DNA of 24,000 nt from Methanothermococcus sp. SCGC AD-155-E23 (lineage in GTDB: Archaea; AGJL01; Methanococci; Methanococcales; Methanococcaceae), in assembly GCA_019561615.1 (NCBI GenBank), contig JAHEQA010000032.1, positions 28,708 to 52,707 on the forward strand, read 5' to 3'. Position 1 is the first letter of the stretch. Every line of letters starts with the position of its first letter. Position numbers and translations under genes: made by a program. This document shows positions 1-11,667 of the stretch, in pieces. The notes below the pieces were generated by a model, which had not been told where the DNA came from, ran no database searches, and saw only the letters and a program-made list of their open reading frames with translations.

Positions 1-143
1 ACCTGGGGGTTGGGTTGTAGGGAGGTTAAGGGAGTATCTAAGGGATAGATTTCCTGGAGATTTAAATTGTAGATACCTATATAGACAGGGTTATTATTAG
101 GAGGAGGGAGGAGAGGGCCCTCTCTCTTCTGGAAGGTCTAGGG

Positions 144-728
144 TTGAGAAGGGGAGAGGAGGTCCTTGTACTTGTCCAGTGTTCCTATGACTTAGGGGTC
201 TTAGACTTTTTAAGGAAGTGCTTTAAGGTGTTTGCAGTATCCCTGGATATTGGTTCTGTAGTACTTCCACCTAGGAACAGGAAGTTGATAGAGGACTACC
301 TTTTAAAGTACAAGGTGCCCTATAAATTTTTAAGTCCTCTGGAGTTAAAGGGAGGGGACATAGGAAGGGTGTTAGATAGCTACCCCTGTGATCTATGTAA
401 CAGGGTTGTATCTAAGTACCTTGTAGAGGAGTGTAGGGAAAGGGGTATAGGGTATCTAATAAACAACCACATAGAGGGGGAGGTGAAGAGGGTTAAAGAT
501 GTATACCTCATAAATTTTTTAAAGTTGTACCCCTTAAAGAGAGATATCCTAAGGAGGGAGTATCCCTACTTAAAGTGCCCCCTGATGCTACAGGCCCTCA
601 TGAGAAATAGGGAGTTAAGGGTTAAGATGATAGGAGAGGTAGTATCTCAGGTTTACGAGGGTCTTATGGAACCTGGTATAGGTGCAGAGGTTATAATGGA
701 GATAGGGAGACTGGGAAAGAGAGAATAA
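144..728 (+). CDS. Hypothetical protein with a PP-loop (TtcA/TtuA-like adenine-nucleotide alpha-hydrolase) pattern and a degenerate ATP motif
   Basis: 194-aa ORF with a TTG start preceded by GGAAGGT (131-137). VLVLVQCSYDLGV sits where PP-loop enzymes carry SGGxDS. PCDLCNR and NNHIEGE sit where TtcA/TtuA-type enzymes carry PCxxC and GHxxDD. The gene ends 15 nt upstream of ribB. Confidence 0.5.
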   Translation: MRRGEEVLVLVQCSYDLGVLDFLRKCFKVFAVSLDIGSVVLPPRNRKLIEDYLLKYKVPYKFLSPLELKGGDIGRVLDSYPCDLCNRVVSKYLVEECRERGIGYLINNHIEGEVKRVKDVYLINFLKLYPLKRDILRREYPYLKCPLMLQALMRNRELRVKMIGEVVSQVYEGLMEPGIGAEVIMEIGRLGKRE

Positions 729-743
729 TTAACAGGTGAGTAG

Positions 744-1898
<1,155 letters not shown>

Positions 1899-1906
1899 TA
1901 GTTTAA

Positions 1907-1965
1907 GGCATCAGAATTAGAAGTTTCTCATCTCCTCTCAGCCGGGGACAACTTCATCATCTGCC
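1907..1965 (-). ncRNA. Box C/D sRNA (2'-O-methylation guide)
   Basis: The minus strand reads GGCA-g-AUGAUGA(C)-AGUUGUCCCCGG-CUGA(D')-gag-GAGAUGA(C')-GAAACUUCUAAUU-CUGA(D)-UGCC. Guides are 12 and 13 nt, the D'-C' loop is 3 nt, and the 4-bp terminal stem GGCA/UGCC has the single-nucleotide offset expected of a kink-turn. Plus-strand box coordinates: C 1954-1960, D' 1938-1941, C' 1928-1934, D 1911-1914. Confidence 0.75.
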
Positions 1966-1967
1966 TC

Positions 1968-2501
1968 TTAGCTAGGTATGTAATCCTCTAAAACATTGAC
2001 AATATCTCCTATTAATTTTTTCTCACTTACAGGTTCTAACTCAAAGTTGGATCTAACGATGGCGTAGAAGATGACACCGTCCACCACTATAGGAATAATA
2101 TGGATGTAGTAGTCCTCAAATTTGATAGATATCCTTTTGGGTATATGCTTTGATATCCTGCATATCTGTTGGAAGAGGGCGCTGTAATTTGCAGCTATCT
2201 CCTCCGGATCTTTAATAGTAGATACTATGGGAAGACCCTCTTCAGAGGTTATAGTTATACTACTTACGTCATTTTCCAGTGCAACCTCTAGGAGATCGAA
2301 TTTATCAGATAGGGTCTCCTCACCGATACTCTCGGTGGTGTACTTCTTCAACTCCAGTAAACTGCTAACAATTTCCTCTTCAAGTTTCTCCTTTTCCAAC
2401 ATTCTCTCTCTTTCTTTCTTAAGTTGGTAGAGATACCATCCCACTATTACAAGTACTAACCCTATAAAAAAGGACAGGAGAAAGAAAAGGATAGGGTCCA
2501 T
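1968..2501 (-). CDS. Membrane-anchored roadblock/LC7 (MglB-like) domain protein
   Basis: 177 aa. It has an N-terminal TM helix (ILFFLLSFFIGLVLVIVGWYLY) and a charged helical linker (KKERERMLEKEKLEEE). The C-terminal ~110 aa show a roadblock-like pattern (VSSITITSEEGLPIVST, EEIAANYSALF, IHIIPIVVDGVIFYAIV). A GGTG SD is present, and the gene starts 17 nt after the upstream gene. Confidence 0.55.
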   Translation of the reverse strand: MDPILFFLLSFFIGLVLVIVGWYLYQLKKERERMLEKEKLEEEIVSSLLELKKYTTESIGEETLSDKFDLLEVALENDVSSITITSEEGLPIVSTIKDPEEIAANYSALFQQICRISKHIPKRISIKFEDYYIHIIPIVVDGVIFYAIVRSNFELEPVSEKKLIGDIVNVLEDYIPS

Positions 2502-2518
2502 AATAACACCTTTGATCT

Positions 2519-3703
2519 TTAAACTATCTCCACCTCTACATTTGGATGTATATCTATAACGTACTGAGATATTATATTTTCTATGTCCTCCTTAATCTTT
2601 TCTGCATCTATGGGCTTAAACAGCCTTCCACGATAAAGTATAAGTTTAAAGAAGGGTGCAGGCTTTATCTTCACCTTACAGTCACAGTAGTATCCATCCC
2701 TGTAGTATACCTCTAAATCTACCTCAAAATCCTCTACCTCTTTACAATTCTTCAAGTAAGACACTATCTTTTCCTCAAGATCTTTTCTAATACCCTCTAA
2801 CTCCTCGGGAGATGGTTCAAAGACACTCTTTATAATCCTCTCTATAGACTCCTCATCTGGCAGTGTAATGTTAAGTTTCTTTAAAAGCTCCTCCTTATCA
2901 AGGACTATATTCTCCTCCTGGATAACTTCCTCTTCACCTTCCTCCTCAGTACTTTCAACACCCTCCTCCTCCCTCTCCAGTGATTCAATATCTACTAAGG
3001 CCATCTCTGGATAGTAGTCTAAGAGAATCTCTACCTTATCCCTGTTGTATTCAAAGATATCCACCACTATGTCTGGGGAATCTAGAAGTTTTTTAATCAT
3101 CTTACATGCCTCTTTACCAAAGAGAACTTTACCGTTGTGCTCGTAGGCAGCTAGTATCGGGGTCTTATCCTTGTATACCACATAACCTTTCTTATACCCC
3201 TCCTCATCCTTCTTAAATATCTCCACAAGGGTATACCCCTCTAGATACTCCTTGTAATCCCTCCCTACATTCATCTTCAAAGGCTTACCTTCAGGTATGG
3301 TTAAGACTATGTCGTAGTAGGGGAGATGCTCTTCATCTTCTACCTCTTTCTCAGCAACCTCTTCATCCCTATCAACAAATATCTCCCTGTATATATCCCT
3401 CATAGTGTTTAACTTCTCCAAGGTGTACTCGTATACCTCTATAAGGGGTCTATCTCTCTTCATCTTTTCTATGTACTCCTTGGCCCTCTCTCCAAAGGCC
3501 TCAATATCTCCGTAGTTGTAGTAGTAGCCAACGGTAACCCCTCCCTTCAGGAAGATATACCCCTCTTCAAAACTATTCTCCCTCTTTATGGAAAGTTTGA
3601 TATATCCAGTGAAATTCTTTAACTCCCTTAGAATCTCATCAACATCTCCATCTTCCACAATTTTGATTAAATTTCCCTCTATAACCTGTACAGCCATAAC
3701 CAT
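2519..3703 (-). CDS. Archaeal uncharacterised protein with two PATAN/DUF4388-like repeats (possibly DUF2226 family), an acidic linker and a C-terminal domain
   Basis: 394 aa. An internal duplication is visible: [43 protein letters not shown] versus [44 protein letters not shown]. An acidic linker ([17 protein letters not shown]) follows. The start may be the ATG at 3697, which has better GAGGG spacing than the ATG at 3703. Confidence 0.5.
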   Translation of the reverse strand: MVMAVQVIEGNLIKIVEDGDVDEILRELKNFTGYIKLSIKRENSFEEGYIFLKGGVTVGYYYNYGDIEAFGERAKEYIEKMKRDRPLIEVYEYTLEKLNTMRDIYREIFVDRDEEVAEKEVEDEEHLPYYDIVLTIPEGKPLKMNVGRDYKEYLEGYTLVEIFKKDEEGYKKGYVVYKDKTPILAAYEHNGKVLFGKEACKMIKKLLDSPDIVVDIFEYNRDKVEILLDYYPEMALVDIESLEREEEGVESTEEEGEEEVIQEENIVLDKEELLKKLNITLPDEESIERIIKSVFEPSPEELEGIRKDLEEKIVSYLKNCKEVEDFEVDLEVYYRDGYYCDCKVKIKPAPFFKLILYRGRLFKPIDAEKIKEDIENIISQYVIDIHPNVEVEIV

Positions 3704-3793
3704 CCCTCAAAGGTGAAAATTTTAAATTTTAAGTTTAGTATATCTCTTATATTATTTATCCTTATCTGCAAAAAAGGAGAAAATGGTAAAATT

Positions 3794-4447
3794 ATGGAGA
3801 TAGGGGTGACGTTAATAGCCCACAACAGGGTAGGTATCCTTCACAGGGTGACAGGTATCATCTCCAAGTTAGGAGGCAATATAACCTATACACAGCAGTT
3901 TATAAGGAAGGACGGTACTGGACTTATCTATATGGAGATTGAAAATATAGAGGACAGTGACACTTTGCTAAATACCTTGAGGGATTTAGAGGGGATATTG
4001 GAGGTGGAAATTCACTCCACACTTAAGAAGATCTTTGGAAAGAGGATAATAATAATTGGAGGGGGTGCCCAGGTCTCCCAGGTTGCCCTGGGAGCTATAA
4101 TAGAGGCAGATAGACATAACATCCGAGGGGAGAGGATAAGTGTAGACACCATCCCTATAGTTGGAGAGGAGAACATAGCCAACGCTGTACTCTCCGTTGA
4201 GAAACTTCCAAGGGCTGGGTTGTTAGTCCTTGCCGGCTCCTTGATGGGTGGAAAGATAACTGAGGCCATTAAGAGACTTAAGGAGAGAACTGGTATCTAT
4301 GTTATCTCCCTAAAGATGTTTGGCAGTGTTCCCAAGGTTGTGGACCTTGTAGTTACAGACCCTGTCCAGGCTGGAGTAATAGCCGTTATGACCGTTGCAG
4401 AGACTGCAAAATTTGATATAAACAAGGTCAAGGGAAAGGTTATATAA
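3794..4447 (+). CDS. ACT-domain protein with a C-terminal Rossmann-like domain
   Basis: I prefer the internal ATG at 3794 ([30 protein letters not shown], an ACT pattern). The track ORF from 3713 would cover the AT-rich promoter region (TATA-like tttagtatat, tatattattt). The C-terminal part reads [21 protein letters not shown]. The stop overlaps the cbiE start (TAATG). Confidence 0.6.
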   Translation: MEIGVTLIAHNRVGILHRVTGIISKLGGNITYTQQFIRKDGTGLIYMEIENIEDSDTLLNTLRDLEGILEVEIHSTLKKIFGKRIIIIGGGAQVSQVALGAIIEADRHNIRGERISVDTIPIVGEENIANAVLSVEKLPRAGLLVLAGSLMGGKITEAIKRLKERTGIYVISLKMFGSVPKVVDLVVTDPVQAGVIAVMTVAETAKFDINKVKGKVI

Positions 4448-5073
4448 TGAAGGTATACCTAGTAGGAGTAGGGCCTGGAAGTAGGGAGTACCTTACTCTG
4501 AAGGCTATAGATACTGTAAGAGAGGCTGATGTTGTCGTTGGTAGTAGAAGGGCTCTGGAACTCTTCAAGGTTGAAGGGGATAGAAGATATGTTCTATCCA
4601 GGGATGTTGTAGGTGATTTGAGAAAGGTGATAGAGTACTGTAGAAGGGAGGGGAAAAGTGTTGCAGTACTATCAACTGGAGATCCCTGTTTCAGTGGACT
4701 GTTAAAGACCCTAATAAAGTACAGGGTATTGAGGGAGGAGGAGATAGAGGTTATACCAGGTATTTCCTCCATCCAGGTTGCAGCCTCTAGACTTAAAATA
4801 TCCTGGGAGGATTACCAGATAGTTACCCTACATGGAAAGGAGGAGAATAGGAAGATACTGTTGGATCTTGTTAAAAGTAATGAGAGGGTGATATTCCTAC
4901 CTGCTAATCTCAAAGAGGATGTAAGGTATCTAATAGAAAATGGAGTGGATGAAAATAGAGAGATAGTGATATGTGAAAATTTAACCTATCCCAACGAGAG
5001 GATAGTAAGGTGTAAGTTAAAGGATGTTCTAAATCTAGATCTCTCCTATCTGGTGGTATGTGTTATAGGATAA
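4447..5073 (+). CDS. cbiE: Cobalt-precorrin-7 (C5)-methyltransferase CbiE
   Basis: 208 aa with class III tetrapyrrole methylase motifs ([44 protein letters not shown]). Confidence 0.85.
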   Translation: MKVYLVGVGPGSREYLTLKAIDTVREADVVVGSRRALELFKVEGDRRYVLSRDVVGDLRKVIEYCRREGKSVAVLSTGDPCFSGLLKTLIKYRVLREEEIEVIPGISSIQVAASRLKISWEDYQIVTLHGKEENRKILLDLVKSNERVIFLPANLKEDVRYLIENGVDENREIVICENLTYPNERIVRCKLKDVLNLDLSYLVVCVIG

Positions 5074-5084
5074 AAGGTGATTTT

Positions 5085-5387
5085 ATGGATGTACTTCAAT
5101 TCCTACCAGATCTAGGTGTGGGATTTATAGGTGGATTTATTATAGGATGGGGAGTAAAGGTAGCCCTCAAGATAGTCGCCGCCCTATTAGCCCTCTATAT
5201 CTTAAGTCTCCTCTATCTTGCAAAACTAGGTGTGATTACCATAAACAGAGATGCACTTTTAGGACTCTTGGGAGTTATGGAAAGTTCCCTTGTCTCCTTT
5301 GGTGGTCAGATAGTGGGGCTGATCCACTCTATCTCCCTAGGTGCAGGGTTTGTGGCAGGGTTTATAATGGGGTTTAAAAAGGGGTAA
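5085..5387 (+). CDS. FUN14-family small membrane protein
   Basis: The ATG at 5085 is preceded by AAAGGTGA (5074-5079). The 100-aa product is glycine-rich and hydrophobic ([46 protein letters not shown]). Confidence 0.6.
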   Translation: MDVLQFLPDLGVGFIGGFIIGWGVKVALKIVAALLALYILSLLYLAKLGVITINRDALLGLLGVMESSLVSFGGQIVGLIHSISLGAGFVAGFIMGFKKG

Positions 5388-5391
5388 AACC

Positions 5392-7213
<1,822 letters not shown>

Positions 7214-7322
7214 ATCTCTCCTCCTCTTGTTATTATTTGACAAAATATTTAAATATATTGGAATTGTTATTAATAATTACTATTGTAGCCCCCATTATAA
7301 ATACTTAAAAGGTGGTCCTTTT

Positions 7323-8228
7323 ATGGACCTAACAGTGATTCAGAAGGAGATACTTCAGGAGTTAATCAACATCTACGAGGAAAAGAATAGACCTGTCAAG
7401 GGAACTGAGATAGCAAAGAGACTAAATAGAAACCCGGGGACTATTAGGAATCAGATGCAGGCCTTGAAGGCTCTAAATCTAGTAGATGGGGTACCTGGAC
7501 CTAGGGGGGGATACATACCAACAAGTAATACCTACAGGGCTCTAGGTTTAACCTATAAGGATACCATAGAGATACCTATATACAAGGGGGATAAAAAGGT
7601 TGAGGGTGTTTGTGTCGAGAAGATAATCTTTGACACTGTAGCCCATGAGAAGGCCTGCTCCTCCATGATACAGATAAGGGGGGATACAAGGTTATTCAAG
7701 GAGGGGGATATAATAAGGGTAGGTCCCACCTATCACAACAAGATAGTTGTATTTGGTAAGGTTACAGGGAGGGACGATATAAATCACATACTCCTTATAG
7801 ATGTTATGGGGGTTGCAAGTGTCCCAAATATAAAAGTGGAGGCTGTGGCTATAAAGGATAGGCTTATCTGGATAGAGCCTAGCACCAAGATAAAGGATAC
7901 TGCCAAGATCCTCTACGAGAATAGAATAGGTGGGGTACCAGTTATCTCTGAGGGTAAGTTAGTTGGGGTATTTACCCATCACGACCTAGCCTATGCAATA
8001 TCTCAGGGCATGGAGAATGAGCCTGTAGAGAAGGTAATGGCAAGGAACCCCATCACCATAACCCCAGATAAAAAGATATACGACGCCCTCATGCTCATGG
8101 AGGAGAAGGGTGTTGGTAGATTGATAGTTGTAGATAAAAATGGAAAGGTAGTGGGTATTATTACCAAGACTGACGTTTTAAAGCTTATTGGAGGAGCACT
8201 CTTTAACAAGATATTGAAAACTACTTAA
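7323..8228 (+). CDS. Winged-HTH plus tandem CBS-domain putative regulator
   Basis: The ATG at 7323 is preceded by AAAGGTGG. The N-terminal wHTH-like region reads QKEILQELINIYEEKNRPVKGTEIAKRLNRNPGTIRNQMQALKALNLV. Two C-terminal CBS repeats are present (IGGVPVISEGKLVGVFTHHDL and GVGRLIVVDKNGKVVGIITKTDV). Confidence 0.7.
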   Translation: MDLTVIQKEILQELINIYEEKNRPVKGTEIAKRLNRNPGTIRNQMQALKALNLVDGVPGPRGGYIPTSNTYRALGLTYKDTIEIPIYKGDKKVEGVCVEKIIFDTVAHEKACSSMIQIRGDTRLFKEGDIIRVGPTYHNKIVVFGKVTGRDDINHILLIDVMGVASVPNIKVEAVAIKDRLIWIEPSTKIKDTAKILYENRIGGVPVISEGKLVGVFTHHDLAYAISQGMENEPVEKVMARNPITITPDKKIYDALMLMEEKGVGRLIVVDKNGKVVGIITKTDVLKLIGGALFNKILKTT

Positions 8229-9498
8229 ATATACTCTCAGCTATCAAGAGGGCACATAGATCCCCACAGACACTACAGGCCTTCTCATTGGAAGAGGGTA
8301 ACTCCTCCCTCATCTTCTTAGGTTTCTCCTTGTCAAAGGCCAGTTGGAACTGCCTCTCCCATAGGTGACGCTTTCTGGCAAGGGCCATCTCCCTCTCCAT
8401 CTCCCAAGCTATCTTATTGCCCCTTGCAACATCTGCGGCCTGGGCTGCTATTTTAGTGGCGATAAGTCCCTCCTTCACATCCTCCTCCTTCATAAGTCTC
8501 ACATGTTCTGCAGGAGTTACATAACATAGAAAGTTTGCACCTGCATACCCGGCAAGAGCACCCCCTATAGCCGCTGTGATGTGGTCGTAGCCAGGTGCCA
8601 TGTCAGTTACAACGGGACCAAGTACATAGAAGGGGGCATTCTTACAGATGGACTTCTGTAGTCTTACGTTACTCTCTATGTTGTTAAGGGGGATATGTCC
8701 AGGACCCTCCACCATGGCCTGCACCCCAGCCTCCCTACACCTCTCCACAAGTTCCCCTAGTACTATTAGTTCATGTATCTGGGCTCTATCTGTGTTGTCA
8801 CATAGACATCCAGGTCTCATACCATCTCCTAAACTTATAGTTACATCGTGCTCCTTAAGTATCTCCAGGAGGTAGTCGAAGTTTTCATAGAGTGGGTTCT
8901 CCCTCTCATGATGGATGATATAGGCCGCCAGAAATGCCCCTCCCCTACTTACTATCCCCATTATTCTATTACTTCTTCTTAAGGTCTCAACAGTCTCCCT
9001 GGTAATCCCACAGTGAAGGGTCATAAAGTCTACCCCCTCTTTCGCCTGCCTCTCTATAACCTTGAATATTAAATCCTCGTCCATATCCACTACACTTCCA
9101 TACTTCTTCTTGGACTCAACCCCTACCTCATATATAGGTACAGTTCCCAGGGGTAGGCTTGTATGCTCCATAATCTTCTTCCTTATCTCAGGTAGATCTC
9201 CTCCAGTACTTAGATCCATTATGGCATCTGCACCGTATTCGTTGGCGATCTTTGTCTTCCTTATCTCCATATCAATATCTACACAGTCTGGAGATGTTCC
9301 AATATTCACATTTACCTTTGTCCTCAACTCCTCTCCAATACCAACAGGTGTAGTATCCCTGTGGATATTCTTTGGAATAACAACGTATCCCTTAGCTATA
9401 AGCCTTCTCAGTCTTTCAGGATCTATCCTCTCCTTCCTGGCAACTTCTTTCATCTCCTCTGTTATTATCTTATTTTTGGCATCTGTCATCTGAGTCAT
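8221..9498 (-). CDS. thiC: Phosphomethylpyrimidine synthase ThiC
   Basis: About 425 aa with ThiC hallmarks (VNVNIGTS, DAIMDLSTGG, DFMTLHCG, VSRGG, EGPGHIP, C-terminal CSVCGDLC). I prefer the ATG at 9498 with GGTGAT upstream; the ATG at 9489 is an alternative. Confidence 0.9.
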   Translation of the reverse strand: MTQMTDAKNKIITEEMKEVARKERIDPERLRRLIAKGYVVIPKNIHRDTTPVGIGEELRTKVNVNIGTSPDCVDIDMEIRKTKIANEYGADAIMDLSTGGDLPEIRKKIMEHTSLPLGTVPIYEVGVESKKKYGSVVDMDEDLIFKVIERQAKEGVDFMTLHCGITRETVETLRRSNRIMGIVSRGGAFLAAYIIHHERENPLYENFDYLLEILKEHDVTISLGDGMRPGCLCDNTDRAQIHELIVLGELVERCREAGVQAMVEGPGHIPLNNIESNVRLQKSICKNAPFYVLGPVVTDMAPGYDHITAAIGGALAGYAGANFLCYVTPAEHVRLMKEEDVKEGLIATKIAAQAADVARGNKIAWEMEREMALARKRHLWERQFQLAFDKEKPKKMREELPSSNEKACSVCGDLCALLIAESIFK

Positions 9499-9597
9499 AG
9501 AGATCACCGTGATAAAAGTTATTAAGAGGGGCACAGTTATAACTTTTATATTAATATTTTTGGATATAAATATTATTAGAACTTAAACGGTGAGGAG

Positions 9598-10566
9598 ATG
9601 GGTGTACAGTTTGGTGATCTTATCCCAAAGAGGGAGATAACCTTAAAGGATCTAAGGGGTAAAACCTTGGCTATAGATGGAATGAATGCCCTCTACCAGT
9701 TCCTATCTGGTATAAGGTTGAGGGATGGTAGCCCCCTGAGAAGTTCTAAGGGTGAGATTACATCTACCTATAACGGTCTTTTCTATAAGAACATCTATAT
9801 GTTGGAGGAGGGCATTACACCTGTATGGGTCTTCGATGGGGAACCTCCCAAGTTGAAGTATAGGGTATGGGAGGAGAGGAGGAAGATGAAGGAGAAGGCG
9901 GAGGAGGAGTATAGGAGGGCGAAGGAGGAGGGAAAACTGGAGGAGATGTACAAGTACGCTAAAAGGGTTAACTACCTAGACTCCAGGATAGTGGAGAATT
10001 CAAAGAGACTTTTGAAACTTATGGGTATCCCCTATATAGAGGCACCCTCAGAGGGGGAGGCCCAGTGTGCCTATATGGTGAAGAAGGGAGATGCCTATGG
10101 GGTTGTGAGCCAGGATTACGATTCACTTCTCTACGGGGCTACTAGGGTTATTAGAAATATCACTACAAATAAACCTCTGGAGTTGATAGAGTTAGAGGAG
10201 GTATTGAAACACCTAGGTATAACCCTGGAGGATCTAATAGATATGGCCATACTTATAGGTACAGATTACAACAGGGGAGGGGTAAAGGGGATAGGTCCAA
10301 AGAAGGCCTTGGAGATTGTAAAGAGTAAGAGGGTAAAGGAGTATATCAGGTACATTCCAAACTACCAGGAGATAAAGGAGATATTTAAAAATCCAAGGGT
10401 AACTGATAACTACGAGATAAAGTTGGAGCCTCCAGATGTAGAGGGTTTAAAGAAATTCCTTATAGACGAGATGGACTTTTCAGAGAAACGTGTACTTCCC
10501 CATATTAAAAAGTTGGAGAAGTTGTACGAGAGGAGGAAGCAGTCTACATTGGAGGCCTGGTTCTAA
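9598..10566 (+). CDS. fen: Flap endonuclease 1 (FEN-1)
   Basis: 322 aa, MGVQFGDLIP..AIDGMNALYQFL..ITPVWVFDGEPPKLK..EAPSEGEAQCAYM..SQDYDSLLYGA..GTDYN..GVKGIGPKKA..STLEAWF. A GGTGAGGAG SD is present. Confidence 0.92.
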   Translation: MGVQFGDLIPKREITLKDLRGKTLAIDGMNALYQFLSGIRLRDGSPLRSSKGEITSTYNGLFYKNIYMLEEGITPVWVFDGEPPKLKYRVWEERRKMKEKAEEEYRRAKEEGKLEEMYKYAKRVNYLDSRIVENSKRLLKLMGIPYIEAPSEGEAQCAYMVKKGDAYGVVSQDYDSLLYGATRVIRNITTNKPLELIELEEVLKHLGITLEDLIDMAILIGTDYNRGGVKGIGPKKALEIVKSKRVKEYIRYIPNYQEIKEIFKNPRVTDNYEIKLEPPDVEGLKKFLIDEMDFSEKRVLPHIKKLEKLYERRKQSTLEAWF

Positions 10567-10594
10567 ATCTGAGAAAAAGGTTTGAAGTGAGAAG

Positions 10595-11164
10595 ATGATC
10601 AAGGAGTACAGATTTACAGGACTCTCGGCACTTCTAGTTCTCCTACTGATATTTCTACTTCTCTTTTTCTTCACCTTACTTCTCTCCCCAATTATCATCC
10701 TACTTGTACTCCTCCTAATCCTCTACCTCCTATACCAGAGATTTAAAAACTCTATAAGCCAACTACTGAGAAACCTAAGGAAGAAGAAGATAAAGATATC
10801 TGAGGGTTCTACCAGGGGTGAGTTGGAGATAGAATTTGCAAGAACATCTAGAGCTACTGATTCCTTGGATTTAGACCCTGAGATGGAGGACTTTATAAAG
10901 TACCTGGTAAGTAAGGGTTTCAAATACGACACAAAAAGTGGAAAACTCTACTACGGTAGTAAGTTGGTCTATGCCCTCTACAAGAGGACCTATCCCATTA
11001 ACAACATCATTAGACTCTACGACTCTAAACCTGATGTGGACATCATAGTTCTAGGGCTTAAGGGGACTCCTGATAACCCTAAATTTATCTTCCTTATACC
11101 TGTGGAGGAATCAAGGGAGAGGATGTCCATAGAGGAACTTAAGAGGTATTTAAAAAAGCTTTAA
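10595..11164 (+). CDS. Hypothetical membrane-anchored protein (two Leu-rich TM helices plus a ~120-aa soluble C-terminal domain)
   Basis: 189-aa ORF. The N-terminus (LSALLVLLLIFLLLFFFTLLLSPIIILLVLLLILYLLY) is followed by a basic stop-transfer segment (RNLRKKKIK). I recognise no family for the C-terminal domain. Confidence 0.5.
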   Translation: MIKEYRFTGLSALLVLLLIFLLLFFFTLLLSPIIILLVLLLILYLLYQRFKNSISQLLRNLRKKKIKISEGSTRGELEIEFARTSRATDSLDLDPEMEDFIKYLVSKGFKYDTKSGKLYYGSKLVYALYKRTYPINNIIRLYDSKPDVDIIVLGLKGTPDNPKFIFLIPVEESRERMSIEELKRYLKKL

Positions 11165-11177
11165 AATAGGGAAGGTT

Positions 11178-11666
11178 ATGGATGTATACGAGGTGCTCTT
11201 TCAAAGGTGTCTAGAGTACACTGTTGTAGTAGAGGATAAGGAGGTTCCACTTTGGAGTATATCCAGGGAGGATATTGAGGAGAATAGGGTGGATTTTAGA
11301 GTACAGTGGAAAAGTCTTCAGGATCTGGCAATATTTCTCTATCAACTTAAGAGGGATCAGTCCAAGTCCAAGGAACTTGTAAAGTTTCCCATAGAGGAGA
11401 TACTAATAGGTATTGCCTTTTTAAATTCTGAGACATCTGAATGTTTAACAGATCCAAGGTTCACCTGTATAGTGTATCTAAGTGACCTTATAACTGCAAG
11501 GGTAAACTGTATAGCCAAGTACTATTTCCTTGTTAAAAAGCCCCTAAATACCACAATCTTCGACGAGGTAATCCTTAAATTTCCTCAAAAAAAGAATCTT
11601 AAAGATAACCTAGAGGATTTGAAAAAAATAGTAGAGAAACTTAGGAACTTAGAGTTCCATATATAA
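11178..11666 (+). CDS. Hypothetical protein
   Basis: 162-aa ORF starting 13 nt after the preceding gene, with GGAAGGT upstream. Composition is typical of coding sequence here and I recognise no motifs. Confidence 0.5.
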   Translation: MDVYEVLFQRCLEYTVVVEDKEVPLWSISREDIEENRVDFRVQWKSLQDLAIFLYQLKRDQSKSKELVKFPIEEILIGIAFLNSETSECLTDPRFTCIVYLSDLITARVNCIAKYYFLVKKPLNTTIFDEVILKFPQKKNLKDNLEDLKKIVEKLRNLEFHI

Positions 11667-11667
11667 C

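Noticed and set aside
2-100. Possible 3' end of an upstream plus-strand gene (frame 2 open to the TAG at 98-100)
   Set aside because: Only about 33 codons are visible, with no recognisable motif. This cannot be supported without the flanking sequence.
3713-3793. N-terminal extensions offered by the track (3713, 5058, 7227, 7243, 9534, 17454, 18806, 20236, 16772, 22224, 23937)
   Set aside because: The extensions cover AT-rich promoter DNA, a tRNA gene, or the SD itself. Internal starts with GGTGA/GGAGG at 3-8 nt (the TATA context alone for 3794) give N-termini that match known orthologues.
9499-9597. Possible TPP riboswitch upstream of thiC
   Set aside because: The 99-nt divergent intergenic region is AT-rich promoter DNA with the SD only a few nt from the start. 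There is no room for, or sequence resembling, the conserved TPP aptamer (no CUGAGA/ACCUGA core).
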